Source: a bacterium (GTDB lineage Bacteria; UBA8248). From it: a DNA stretch of 64,000 nt. The translations under genes were made by a program, and so were the position numbers. The notes under the pieces are model-generated. The model ran no database searches. It had not been told where the DNA came from and saw only the letters and a program-made list of their open reading frames with translations. Below, in pieces: positions 1-18,742 of the stretch (position 1 is the stretch's first letter; every line of letters starts with the position of its first letter). The stretch covers positions 749,004-813,003 of the forward strand of contig CBDBZY010000018.1 in NCBI GenBank assembly GCA_965213685.1, in the 5' to 3' direction.

Positions 1-600
<600 letters not shown>

Positions 601-841
601 ACACAACTGGAAGCCATTTACTGCAAACAGATTGTAGCTCTTAGTTGGATATGTACTTATCACAATGGTGCATCGAGTTTGAGTTTGTGGTGTGAGCAAA
701 ACGGACACTCTGAGAAGCAGACAACCTCTGTAGAATGGACAAACTGCCAGTATACTGTCACTACACTTCTACCTCTGAGACACTGACAACTTCTAATCTC
801 TGACAACAGACTAATTTCACGCCACATGCACACAAATAAAT

Positions 842-1193
842 ACATTTTCCAAATATTTAGAGGGATGTTTGGATGGGAGTGCCAAAAACCACACAAACTA
901 GATTCTATGGATGGCAGTGTGCAGGCAACACAGGGCATAGGAGGACCACACAAGTACCCACCCTATGTCTTCTTTTTCATTTTCCTGACTGACACAAAGC
1001 TGTTTCCAGCAATCTCACAGCAAAGCTTAAAGATAAACGTTGCATTCAAAAGAAACAAAAAAGGTGTAGGGATGGGGTTACTTGAGTATATACTCCTATG
1101 CCCTGTGGTCCCTGCACACTGCCATCTACGTGTCTAGTTTATGTGGTGTTTGGCACTGCCATCCATACATCCCTCTACATGTTTGCAAAATGT
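842..1193. mobile_element. Palindromic MITE-like element (family shared with 7980-8310 and 57590-57830)
   Basis: The left arm agagggatgtttggatgggagtgccaaaaaccacacaaactaga is the imperfect reverse complement of tctagtttatgtggtgtttggcactgccatccatacatccctct. Confidence 0.75.
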
Positions 1194-2904
1194 GTTTCAT
1201 AGTCGTTTGTGTGCTTCAAATCTCTTAAAAATGAATCTAATAGAAAAAATAGAGCAATTTGGCGGTTTAGTCATTTTCTGGCAATAATACTCTTTAGCTA
1301 CTTGGGAGGTGTTTTTGGGTAGAGAAATGCCTGAATGAGGTTGCTAAGCACCTAAACGTTCTTAGAATGCTAGCATGAGTGAGTTTAGGAGGCTTTTGTG
1401 TGTACACACATACTATGGGTGTGTGGCCACACACAGAGAGTCTACAAAATTAATAACTAGCAGAAGAGGGAATGCAACACAATTTTAATAGGATGAAGAG
1501 TAATTTGCTTTCATGTACATGTGTTTAGATGCAATGAACAACACTGTTCACAGTGGAAAAAATACTTAATAATTGTTTATGGAATAATTATCATGCCATA
1601 AGCATTGCACAATTTTGGGGGATTACTTTTGTATATCCTCCTATGTATATCCTCCTGGGTTTACTTGTATATCTTCTTATGCCCTGTGTTTCCTGCACAC
1701 TGCCATCCATGTGTCTAGTTTGTGTTGTTGTGGCCTGCCATAATTATTATGGCAGGTCACAATGAATGAAAATATACACATGCAAAGAATAGCAAATCTC
1801 CTGTGCTTAGCTCAACAGATCTTGTCCATCTACCAAGACAGGAGAAAAATCTTCAGTAACTTAAGGTGACTATTATTTACAGGTACATTATTTGGCGATT
1901 TTGGGATTATTATCATTTTGCAGGTACTAAATTTTGCTATTTTCACTTGTGAGTGAGATGACCAATCTTTCAAATGTAATGTTGAGAAGACTACAAGCTA
2001 GTAAAACTTTTGTTTGCGTGTACAAAATTTTGCATTTTTGTGCCAATCCGCAAAAGTTTCAAACATTCGTACCTGCAAAAAATAGTCACCTTAAGGTATA
2101 TTTGAAGTGTCTAATTCTATTGTGATTGCATAGCACAAGATTTCCAATGACAATATTATGCTGCCAATGTATTGCAAAATTCAGTCACAATATTATTACA
2201 TTGCTTAAACTTTCAATTTCAAAAACTATAAGTCATGATGAGCTGTAGCTCTAATACACAATTATTCTAATAGATACATGGATAACAATCACCAAATAAG
2301 TATGAAAACATCTGTCTCTATATACAGAAGCAATGAAGTCGGAGCAAAGTGCAGGAAATTATCCCTTTCACCTCATTAGGATGAGAGAAAAATGCTTGGA
2401 ATTTGAAATAGGAAGCAGAGAGAAGTAATTGGTTGTCAGGTTGGGGTTGCCTACCTCAGTCCCTTTGAGCATATGAGAACTTGGCTCGCTGAGATATTAG
2501 AATTTTTTTCTACTCCCCTTTTCAGCTTATTTCATTTCTTCTTCTCCTATGAGCCTCTTGCTATGTTGCATAATATGTATCTTAATCATGTGGCAGTCCA
2601 AGGTTCTATAGTCTCCACGCATGCAGCGATGGACATAAACCTTGTAGAAGAAATGTATTGATTAAAAATATCTTGAGAGAATTGTAAGACCATTAACCAC
2701 TACAGGATATAGGCCATACTAGTAATTGTGATTTCCATTAGCAAATACTGGTACTTACGTTTTACAGACATCTGAATGCAATGTAATGCTACACAATACT
2801 AATGCGTGCACATACCAGGGAAGCAACATTGTCCTTATGTAGCAGAAGGTCCTGTCTTTTGATCCAGACTGGGAGATGAAGCACTGCTCACAAATACAAA
2901 CATA

Positions 2905-3312
<408 letters not shown>

Positions 3313-4175
3313 GATGAGATGAGTTCACTCTTCCAAGGGGTGTATACTTGCATCGAAATAGTATTATGCCTCATGATAACATTGTGTAGCACTCTTATGA
3401 GAATGGCCACATCATCAGGAAGTGTAAATTTCAATCATGACAAATTCAGAATGCAGTTCAACATGGAACGTATGAAACATTATATCCAATGAAGATAATA
3501 TGGCTATATTGTCTGTGCCCATAATCAGTTCAGCTTGAAAGTTGTTTATTTGTTAACATTTTCAACTTCACAAGTAGTCATGTGAAAATAATTGTTATGA
3601 ACATATTATTTCTTGTGCAGCTACACCACAGAAAGAGCATTATATGCATTTCGTCACTGTAGTTTTAATATCACTGATAGTTGGGGTGTTCATGGCTCTG
3701 GCCAGCATACTGCTAGAGCCATTGCATGCAGGGATCATTAACTGTGCTTCTATAGTTCTAGGGTGTGGTGTACCACTTAGTGACCATTTTGTTGTGGCAG
3801 AGTAGCCACAAAGTTGTTCAGGAATTATGGAATCACTATTGATTGCTTGTGCGGAATAGAGATGCTTATAGATGCCAGGAACGCATAATGACGTAAGAAG
3901 CGGGAAAGAGGAGGAGCATGCAACGACCACGCAAAAGATTAAATTCTGATAACGTTCTCACGGTAGTCCCGTTACTATTTTTATCGATGCTATTTTTATC
4001 GCGTAGATGCCAAGCATCTGAGGTCGAGGTCATTGTCGAGAAAGTTTTCAGATGTCTACTCCAGTGAAGGCATCTACGCGAAGGCAGGCAGTGAAGACAA
4101 GAGGAACGTTTTTCCCGGCGGCCGAGGCAACGACGCCTCGGAGGTCTCCTCGTTTAGCCGCTAGGCGGCTACATC

Positions 4176-4711
4176 GGATCAAGTGTAGTTGACGGACCAA
4201 GCGCGTAATCAATTCTGCAATAGGTTTTAGCTGTTCCCTAGCCTGTACCTAGCCTACCCCTAGCCCCTGCCCCGTTACACGACTAACCATAGTCATACTA
4301 GTCCCTAGCCTACCCCTAGCCCTTGCCTCGTCACACGACCGTAAGCCTTGAAGAATATTTGCCGAAGTGCTTACGCGCTTGGCCCGTCTACACTACACTA
4401 CTTGAGCCGTAGGCTAGGGACTAGTAGTGTTAGTCGTGTGACGGAGCAGGGGCTAGGGGTAGGCTAGGTACAGGCTAGGGAACAACTATTTGCGGAAACG
4501 CCCCGTCACACGACCGTAAGCACTACTTTCAATGCTTGCTCTTTGCTTAGGGCCGTGCGACGGGCCAAGGCCGGGCTAGTGGCTAGGCTAGGGACTATAG
4601 TTTGACCACGGTTAGTCGTGTGACGGGGCAGGGGCTAGGGGTAGGCTAGGGAACAGCTGAAACTTATTGCAGAATTGATTACGCGCTTGGTCCGTCAACT
4701 ACACTTGATCC
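4176..4711. mobile_element. MITE with ~45-bp near-perfect TIRs nested in the left arm of the P element
   Basis: TIR GGATCAAGTGTAGTTGACGGACCAAGCGCGTAATCAATTCTGCAAT. 8-bp TSD GCTACATC at 4168-4175 and 4712-4719 (alternative reading: 6-bp CTACAT with CGG termini). The empty site ggctacatcaacg is present in the right arm. Internal ctagcc(t/c)acccctagccc repeats occur on both strands. Confidence 0.92.
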
Positions 4712-4745
4712 GCTACATCAACGTGCAGAAGCGCCTGGTGCCACG

Positions 4746-5483
4746 GTGAGCACTCCTGTGCGTGGGGCCCTGAGGGACTGTATTCGGCAACGCGAGCGGG
4801 ATGGTGCCTCGCTCTTTGACAAAGTTGAGACCATCGTGAAGTTCCAGTTTCAGAAACTGGAAACCGCTGTCGTGACAGCCGAGTCACCAAGCAAGCTATC
4901 AAGGTACCTTCTCGTAACCAGAAAGCTCAAGGTGTATGATGAGGATGTAGGACCTCATGATGCTCTACGGCTCGTGGTAGCGGAAAGTGGAGAGTACAAG
5001 CTAATGGCATACGAGAAAACCCTCCAAGAAGGTACCAATGAAACCCCTTTCACTGCGAGTAGCCTGCCGATTCTTGGTAGAGTGGGAGATGCTGAGTGGG
5101 TGGTATGTCGAGGGGTGAAAGGCTATTTAACATACAAGTCAAGCATTGGTTATGATATGAGGAGGGTGGCAGTTACTTGTTGGCCACCTGATACTGCACA
5201 TGATAGTGAATGTAGCATATTTTATGAGAAACATTCCACGCAGAAAACACAGATGTGTGAGAAGTGTACCTCCCTAAAGTGGCGCTTGGCAGCTCGTAAG
5301 CGAGAGCATGACCAACTTTCTCCAGGACATAGGCTGGAACGGCAACAAGTGGGCTCAACTGTTCAGTTTGACAACCTAAGTCCAGCAAGTAAGAAAGCAA
5401 GGTTAGGAAACATGTGCAAAGAGATCACAAATCTTCGCAAAACTAAGGGTTTTGTCACAGGGAAGTTGCAAAATTCCCATTGA
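4746..5483 (+). pseudogene. Left-arm copy of the P transposase N-terminal exon, interrupted upstream by a MITE
   Basis: The 245-aa ORF is nearly identical to the minus-strand right-arm translation (STPVRGALRDCIRQRE...WPPDTA.DSECSIFYEKH...). Confidence 0.8.
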
Positions 5484-6759
5484 TCTTACTGCACGAAAAG
5501 CAGTTGGACTTCTGGAATAAATAGCCAGGGCTAGAAGGTACAAAGCTCCACATCAGTACACAAGAAAAATCTCAATAATACAACTAACCAAGTCCAATGG
5601 TTATAGAAGGCCATCGGTTCACTGTTTTGCCAGTGATTGTTAAGAAAGATAACCAAGCTATATCAAAACTATACAATCTTCAACATTTATAACTTACCAT
5701 TATTCTTCTGGTCTTGGTAGAACTGACACATGTCTACAGCATCTTTCTCCCATGCTGCCTTCAGCACATCACCACGCCCACAGCCTGTAGCTTCTGCCTC
5801 TTTGTAGATAGTTTGCAATGCATGTTGGCCATGCTGAGATTGCTGGATTGCCTGGACTAGTTGAGACATGTCCTCATTCTGGCTCTCAGTCACTGCAATA
5901 CGTTTCACCTTATCGGAATATTGGTGGACCTGGGCGCGAAGATTTGTGATCTCTTTGCACATGTTTCCTAACCTTGCTTTCTTACTTGCTGGACTTAGGT
6001 TGTCAAACTGAACAGTTGAGCCCACTTGTTGCCATTCCAGCCTATGTCCTGGAGAAAGTTGGTCATGCTCTCACTTAGGAGCTGCCAAGCGCCACTTTAG
6101 GGAGGTACACTTCTGCGCACATCTGTGTTTTCTGCGTGGAATGTTTCTCATAAAATATGCTACATTCACTATCACGTGCAGTATCAGGTGGCCAACAACT
6201 AACTGCCACCCTCCTCATATCATAACCAATGCTTGACTTGTATGTTGAATAGCCTTTCACCCCTCGACATACCACCCACTCAAGCATCTCCCACCCTACC
6301 AAGAATCGGCAGGCTACTCGCAGTGAAAGGGGTTTCATTGGTACCTTCTTGGAGGGTTTTCTCGTATGCCATTAGCTTGTACTCTCCACTTTCCGCTACC
6401 ACGAGCCGTAGAGCATCATGAGGTCCTACATCCTCATCATACACCTTGAGCTTTCTGGTTACGAGAAGGTACCTTGATAGCTTGCTTGGTGACTCGGCTG
6501 TCACGACAGCGGTTTCCAGTTTCTGAAACTGGGACTTCACGACGGTCTCAACTTCGTCAAAGAGCGAGGCACCACCCCGCTCGCGTTGCCGAATACAGTC
6601 CCTCAGGGCCCCACGCACAGGAGTGCTCACCGTGGCACCAGGCGCTTCTGCACGTTGATGTAGCCACCTAGCGGCTAAACGAGGAGACCTCCGAGGCGTC
6701 GTTGCCTCGGCCGCCGGGAAAAACGTTCCTCTTGTCTTCACTGCCTCTGGAGTAGACAT
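5439..6759 (-). pseudogene. Truncated, frameshifted P-element transposase N-terminal region (right arm plus unique centre)
   Basis: ORFs 6280-6759, 6075-6338 and 5687-6025 join through frameshifts. GT donor after 5697. Short downstream exons carry the RW and SPxAF..LxLPxxxTL motifs. The sequence ends at the junction with the inverted arm; no DDE core is present. Confidence 0.8.
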
Positions 6760-7979
6760 CTTAAAACTTTCTCGACAATGACCTCGACCTCAGATGCTTG
6801 GCGTCTACGCGATAAAAATAGTAACGGGACTACCGTGAGAACGTTTTCAGAATTTAATCTTTTGCGTGGTCGTTGCACGCTCCTCCTCTTTCCCGCTTCT
6901 TACGTCATTATGCGCTCCTGTAGATGCTTATAGGTTTGTCTTTTCCTAATCAAAATCCATCTACAGATACATGAATGTACTTTTCCAGTGACATGGCCTT
7001 CCCACAGAGCAGACAGTGAAGAGTAGTGGTTACTTTCAAGTGTGTTTTTGGGGTACTGACTAAGGGAAGAGAAGACTTAGGTGGCAGTATAATGGATACA
7101 TGTACAAAAGATGTTATACAGTGAACTTAGTACATACTACAAGGAGGTACAACAATTACACAATGACTTCAACAAGAAGAACAAGAAAGCATACAAATTA
7201 TGTAAAGATAGTTGATATTTCAATGAAAGATGTTGCGTAGCTACCTTGTACACCAAGAAAAATAGCATGACTAGCAATACTTACACCAGTATTTGATTAC
7301 ATTTGTGTACATAAAGAACAAAAAGCACACATAAACACATAAACAAAACAAAAGACACACAAACAAAACACACAAAGCACAAAGGGCCACTTAAAGGCTG
7401 CACGTGATGGAATCCGTGGGAATTCCTGTGAATGAAGTGAGAAGAGCCCATTGATTTATGTATGTATGCTAAACACACATACATGCAAACAAATTTAGTG
7501 CATGTAGTGAATGTTGGCATAAATACCCCAAACCCCAAACCTTGCAGTGTTTGTACACTATTATCACAGCAAACTTTCATTATGTGTTTGTTAACACAAC
7601 GTCAGAAAACATAAGGCCACAGATGTAGTGGAGCAATGACAGCAAGGTGCACATGAATGGAAACATAAGGAATACAGATGATCCATTTTGAAACTTAGGA
7701 ATAGTCTCCTTACATCAAGCTGAGTGCCACACTAACATAGCAATTTATCATTGCATCTGTTGGCCATGGGAATATTTTCTCCACATTCTGGTAAATGCAG
7801 GCCTGCACCACTCAACAGACTAATACAAGTGTAGCTACAAATGCCCTTATGGTATACTCGCAGGTTTGCTAATGTTGCACCTAGTGTGGAGCCACACCTT
7901 CTCATTAGCAGAAGGGAATGCCCCCTTCCATTAATATTCTAACAAAAGATATATTGTCACAACAAATAGTATAAAAAAA

Positions 7980-8310
7980 CATTTTCCAAACATATAGAGG
8001 GCTGTATGGATGGCAGTGCCAAAACCCATAGAATGTAGGTGTAGGGATGGCAGTTTACAGACAAGACAAATTATACAAAGACTACACAAGCAACCCAATC
8101 CCTACATTGTTTCTTTACCACATGGTATTGATGTTCCCAGGATTCTCATAGCTAAACTCACAGAACAATTTTAAGTAAAAAAAAAATCATGTAGGGATGG
8201 GTTGCTTGTGTACTCTTTGTATAACCTGTCTTGCCTGTAAACTGCCATCCCTATACCTAGTTTCTATGCTTTTTGGCACTGCCATCTCTACACACCTGTA
8301 CAATTTTTTC
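7980..8310. mobile_element. Palindromic MITE-like element
   Basis: gatggcagtgccaaaa...gtagggatggcagtttacagacaagaca versus tgtcttgcctgtaaactgccatccctatac...tttggcactgccatc; related to 842-1193 and 57590-57830. Confidence 0.75.
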
Positions 8311-8489
8311 ATACTTGTTTGTGTACTATTTTTTGTACAATAGTACACAAAACGTTCTTGCAAGCTTCTTCAGTGATCAGAGCAGCCATTGTTACCAGTC
8401 AGCAGCAGAGATACGGAGGGTAGAGTGGGCATTGAACCTCGTCATCCGTCACCTTTGAAGTTGGGAGGCTGAGCCCCTCTAAAAAGTCC

Positions 8490-8945
8490 TGAGCTACAGT
8501 AGTTTCCTCACTGTATCTGACTTTCTAACTCATACTAGTTACATTAATGTTCATTGTACAACTGTACGGCGAAGTAAGATGCTGCTCGAACATGCTCCTT
8601 CACTGAGACAGTAGCCTTTGGCACGTCAAGCCATTGAGAAATTAATTGGTGTGGCTTCGCGAGGTCAACCCCTCATGTGCATACAATTTACACCACATGA
8701 CAGAAAATGGCTTCCAAATAATTATGGTAAAGTTGTTTGAGACTTCTAGATTCAGCTCATAGTAGAGAAGATACTAACATTTGTTATCGTAGATCACACT
8801 TGGTAGTGATTGCAGCGGATCTGTGAAAGAACTACGGTGATTACTTCAGCCAGTTTCAAGTAAAGTCATTTGAAAGAAAATCTCGTAAGAAGAAGAAGAA
8901 TAAGAACAACAAACATAATCACCTTTCAGCCATTATCTGGCAGTA
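8490..8945 (+). repeat. Unclassified dispersed repeat (inverted copy at ~57140-57592)
   Basis: tagtttcctcactgtatctgac..taactcatactagttacattaa...gatctgtgaaagaactacggtgattac...tctcgtaagaagaagaagaataag matches the reverse complement of 57140-57592. Confidence 0.8.
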
Positions 8946-9346
8946 AGTCAAGGAATGCATTTCAGCTACTTGTGGGATATTGTTGGGTAGAGAAGCGGTG
9001 GAATAGCCCATTTGCGTGCTGAGAAAGGCTTAAAATGCAAGTGTTTGCGAGTCAAGAAGGCTCTCCAATGTACGCACACTATGGGAGTGTTGGTGCCATC
9101 CCTACATAGAGAGTCCACAAGGTACATAGAATGCCGTAGTAGAGTTTATATGCCACAATTACATTCACTTCTCCTTCCCCATTACATAATTGATAGAAAA
9201 TGTGTGCAAGCAGTGTAGAAGGATTAAATCTGATGAGTTTTGCCACTTGCACATTGCATTACTATTGTTTTACTAATATTGCTCCACATAGAGCATTATA
9301 GATACCTATAGTTCAACAAAACAGATGTGTGTCAGAAGATACTTAC

Positions 9347-14407
<5,061 letters not shown>

Positions 14408-15599
14408 CTGTTCACGTAAAAGCAAGTAGCAATAGTAATAGTAAGGGCAATCAAAAGCCAGTATGACTGCTATATAAGTGTATAAGCAGATGCGGCACTG
14501 CCTGCACTTTACATTGGCACTATAATTTTTTTTTTGTGGGGGGGGGGGGGGGGGGGGGGGGGTTATTAAATGTCCTAGTATTGTGTTTACAGCGCAGTAG
14601 TGTGATTGTCCACCGTTCCTGCATAGCGCTTCGCACGGTCGTATAACAGCGTTCGTACTCGCGGCCTTCCGCAGGCTGGGCGTGGCTTACTTTGGCCTCT
14701 GCCTTTGCAGCTGCGCCTTTGGAAACGCTTACGATAAATTTGAGAGCTTCACGTCTCACGACGTGTGCATCACGATATCAGCCCAGCAATATATACATGT
14801 ATATACATAGCGGAATAAGGTTGCACGTGACACACTTGAGCCTCATTTCCGCTCATGCGCATGCAGGCACTAATTCCGGGTATTGGCCACACCCGTGAGG
14901 GTCAAGGTTCACAATTAAGACCACCCTGTAGCTGGAGAAACAGCTGTTCACATGAAGATCGGGTGAGGGTGCCAAGCAACGTGAAGACGGACGATCACGC
15001 GCTTCATGAGCAGCCAGAATGATTACTGACGCTGAACTCAGAATGACTGAAGATACCGACAATGGACTACTTTTATCCGAAACCCTCACAGAGCATGATT
15101 GCGTGGGAACTTATTAATAGCACCGCTAGACTCCAAGTTGTGAACAAGCCTTCATTTGGCTCTATGTGTATGTGGCAGTTAAAGAGTTCCTGTAAGCTAT
15201 CAGTGTGTGTTTGAATGTTGTGATACTCTGATACGTGTATATGTACATGTACATGTATATGCTTCGCTGTGCAATTTTCAACCTGCATCTCTCTCTCTCT
15301 CTCTCCCTCTCTCTCTCTGTAACAAGATAAGCCGAGTGGATGAACTGGCTCAACTCATAAGCCTTACAGACTGAGACAAGACAAAGGTACAGATAACCAC
15401 ACCCACTGCGTGTAGTCAAGATGGATCGAGGGCCATCTGCAGTGATAGAGCTTCCTTCCTTTCATTGCTGAGTTTGTTTCTCCCTCCCTTGCTCTCCTCT
15501 CCCTCTACTCCCTCAGGTGTTCCAGAAGCACTCATTCTCCGACCTCTGCCAGCTCAGAGGTGAGTGAGTGGTAGAGCATCCCCCTACTTCTTTACCTGT

Positions 15600-15925
15600 C
15601 CTCCTCCCTTCCTGCCTCCCTCCCTCCCTTCCTGCCTCCCTCCCTCCCTCCCTCCCTTCCTGCCTCCCTCCCTCCCTCTCTCCCTTCCTGCCTCCCTCCC
15701 TCCATCCTTCCCTCTCTGACTCAGGCTTCGAAGTCTCTCTCCCCTATCCCTACTCCACCACTTGGAGTGGCTCTACCTGGGAGGAAACAAGATCCAGGTA
15801 GCCACCCACCTTCCTTCCCACCCTCTCCTTCCCTTTTTCTTTCTACCCTTTCCTCTCTCTTTCCCCCACTCCCTCCCTCCCTCCCTCCCTCCCTCCCTCC
15901 CTCCCTCCCTCCCTCCCTCCCTCCC
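15600..15925. repeat. (CCCT)n pyrimidine-rich low-complexity tract
   Basis: Directly visible. Confidence 0.9.
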
Positions 15926-16044
15926 CACCTTCACCCACACAAACTCGCCACATACATGTATGACAATTCCTAAACCATAATATTATCCTAAACCACAAGC
16001 CACCTGTACCACTCTCTCCCTAATAAGGCACACCATGCAGCCAC

Positions 16045-16215
<171 letters not shown>

Positions 16216-16481
16216 TGTGCATGGAGGAAACAGAGGAGGGGTAGGGAGGGGAATGTACATGTACATGGGCCTCTTCCTACTGGGCGTGCTAATCTGTCCT
16301 CATGCACTGCACCATGCAATGAATATTGTTTGCATGGGTAGGCTGATCTATAATAAGTTATAGTGTGTACGGTTATTGTGTTTGAGAGTTATGAAGATTG
16401 TGGTGAAACTGAGTTGTTGACTGGGGTTTGAACTCTAGCCTTAGGATAGCACCATCAATCCTGCACTCCTCTGCCACCAGA

Positions 16482-16554
16482 GACCCAGTGGCTCAGTAGT
16501 AAGAGTGTCCGACTAGTATTCAGAAGGTCCTGGGTTCAAATCCCAGCTGGGTCC
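16482..16554 (+). mobile_element. tRNA-derived SINE head or tRNA pseudogene (Thr-AGT-like loop)
   Basis: Acceptor stem GACCCAG/CTGGGTC, A-box TGGCTCAGTAGT, B-box GGTTCAAATCC. The anticodon arm TCCGA-CTAGTAT-TCAGA has a mismatch and the D-loop lacks GG. A T-run follows. Confidence 0.7.
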
Positions 16555-18452
16555 TGATTTTTTCAGGACTTCTTGAACAACTCAGTTTGACGTAGATGAA
16601 TACCTCTAATTCCATCATGTCTCTCTCTCTCAAGTGAGCTCTAAATGGTGAGTCTGGTTCCCAGACCAATGCTCTCCATTCATGGACCAAGTTCTCCTCA
16701 TAGTGCATGCATGTGCACCATGTCTGGAAACAAGTGCAAAGTCTGAGAATGAGGCTGCAGAGGGTGATCAGAGTGGGCATTTCGTGATGGCAAGTCTTCC
16801 AGTGTTCCTCACAGACCAATCTCTCAATATGTGTGTACATGTACATGTACATGTATGTATGCTTAATCAATTAGCTATTTAAATATTCCAAGCATTTCTA
16901 CGCTCTCATTCTGTTTCTGTCTGCCTGTCTGTCTGGTTCTGTCTCCCTGTCCATGTGTTTGTCTGTTCTGCTGTCCCTATTGGAACTCTCTTTGCCTTCA
17001 GAATTAATTTTCTTTTCCTTCTCACCACAGAGCAAGTATAGGTGTGCTACTTCATTTTGATGGTGGGTCAGTGTAATCTCCCGACTACAAGTGTGACTAC
17101 AAGTACACTGCAGGCAAGTATAGCAGCCTTTCATGCAGCCACAGAGAGCAAGTGGTGGCTATCCTCTCAGAGTGAGTGGTTCTGGTGAGATACATGTTCA
17201 CTGCACACCTCAATCACTGATACTTGTCCACTGCAGTGGCTGTTCTCAGCTGCGTTGACGGGTGGGAAGAGACAGTGAGGAAGGAATTACTGAAGCTGAG
17301 ACAAGAAACATTGTTGACGTCATGACTGCTTTTAAATTCATTGTGAATGTATGCTGTTATGTACATGTACGTGTAATTAATTTTCTCCTGCCACTTCCTG
17401 CGCAACATACCGCGTATAAAGGGCTCACAGTGGCGTTTAACTCCATGAGAACTGATATACATGTACATGTGCCATAGATATCCCATGGATGGGACTTTGA
17501 ACTCGTGGGAATAGCAGATCCTTTGGTACGTTTGTTGATGCGTAGCTCCACGGACGAAGAAGGAAAGATCGACATAAAAACGATGGCCGTTTCGAAAAAG
17601 ATCAACGTGTGAAGACGTGCGTTTCCAAGACGTTAGAGACTTACATGTACGCGTACCGCGTACTGCCGCGGGTGAGCTGCATAAGATGATCTACCAGCTT
17701 GCTGGACACAAAGGCAGAAGCGGCATTTCAGGAACCGAGCAGTGAGTGTGTGCTCTCACTCTCACGCTGTTGACAGACTCTCTCACTGACGGACGTTAGA
17801 CATTAGACAGTGTTGGTGTCAGTCTTATACATGTCTACTCACTTGCTCTGCATGCGCACATTATGCATACATATTGCTGTACATGTACATGTTACGTTGT
17901 CTCTACTACTGCTACATGTACCATCTTTCATTTTCTTGTTATACCTCATTCCTCTACCTCAAACTTTGTCTATTCTATTCCTATTCCTATCACATATTGA
18001 GAGCCGCTAGTTATATGCACGTCTTGCGTATGCATGCACATTTCTATTTACTCTCCCTCCCTCCCTCCCTCCTCACTATCTCTGTCCTTCTCATTGACAA
18101 GGACATTTTGATATTTTAGTATTACTGCCAGTCAAAAGAATGTTCCAACATACACATATACATGTAAATCCTGTTGGAGAACAATGCTCTCTTGTCAGAC
18201 TGTACTAACTGTTGTTAACTGTGATGTCATCTGTGTGTCTCTTTATAGCATGTATAGTGATGTAATGGTGTAGGCTTATTTAGAACTTTGTGTTGGCTGT
18301 GTAGTTCCAGCCACATGTTCATAAGAGTCAGTGCAATCACTTATTGTCAAAGCCGAGTCAGTCGCAAGTGCTTCTCTTTGCAACATACCCATCCTTTAAT
18401 TACACCATTCACATTTCACTTGATATATTCCTTCCCCACAACCACATGCGTG

Positions 18453-18542
<90 letters not shown>

Positions 18543-18742
18543 TACAAGATACAACCCCCTGTGACACCTTACCTTTTACCTTCACCTTCAGCTGATACCA
18601 ATTCTTCCTCTTCCTTCCCCCACTTCCCCCCTTTGTTCCTCATCCTTACCTTTCTCCCTCTCCTGCTCACCCACCAAGATAAGATACTATTCCAACTATG
18701 TCCCTGCCCCATGCTGTGATGAGCTAGTGAGGTGGTGCCTAC

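Larger units (their letters stand above)
3876..6920. mobile_element. Foldback non-autonomous P-superfamily DNA transposon made of two inverted copies of the transposase 5' end
   Basis: Termini CAGGA(A/G)CGCATAATGACGTAAGAAG on both strands. 7-bp TSD TAGATGC at 3869-3875 and 6921-6927. Arms 3876-5438 and 6920-5937 are near-identical inverted copies. The minus-strand spliced translation gives ...FYQDQKNN / TGKTVNRWPSITIGL / ALAIYSRSPTAFRAVRSMGILQLPCDKTL, the typical N-terminal signature of P-element transposases. Confidence 0.88.

Noticed and set aside
14520-15089. First coding exon(s) of the Roco gene (ORFs 14520-14759, 14853-15089)
   Set aside because: No recognisable domain, and the obvious ATG-CAG-GAA-CG|GT donor is phase 2, which is incompatible with the phase-1 acceptor at 14407.
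15517-15560. Plus-strand micro-exon (cag|...|gtgagt)
   Set aside because: It has good splice-like boundaries but no partner exons or reading frame support.
16482-16554. Functional tRNA-Thr gene
   Set aside because: Mismatched anticodon stem, no D-loop GG and a SINE-like context; kept only as a tRNA-derived repeat. The same reasoning applies to 55749-55820.
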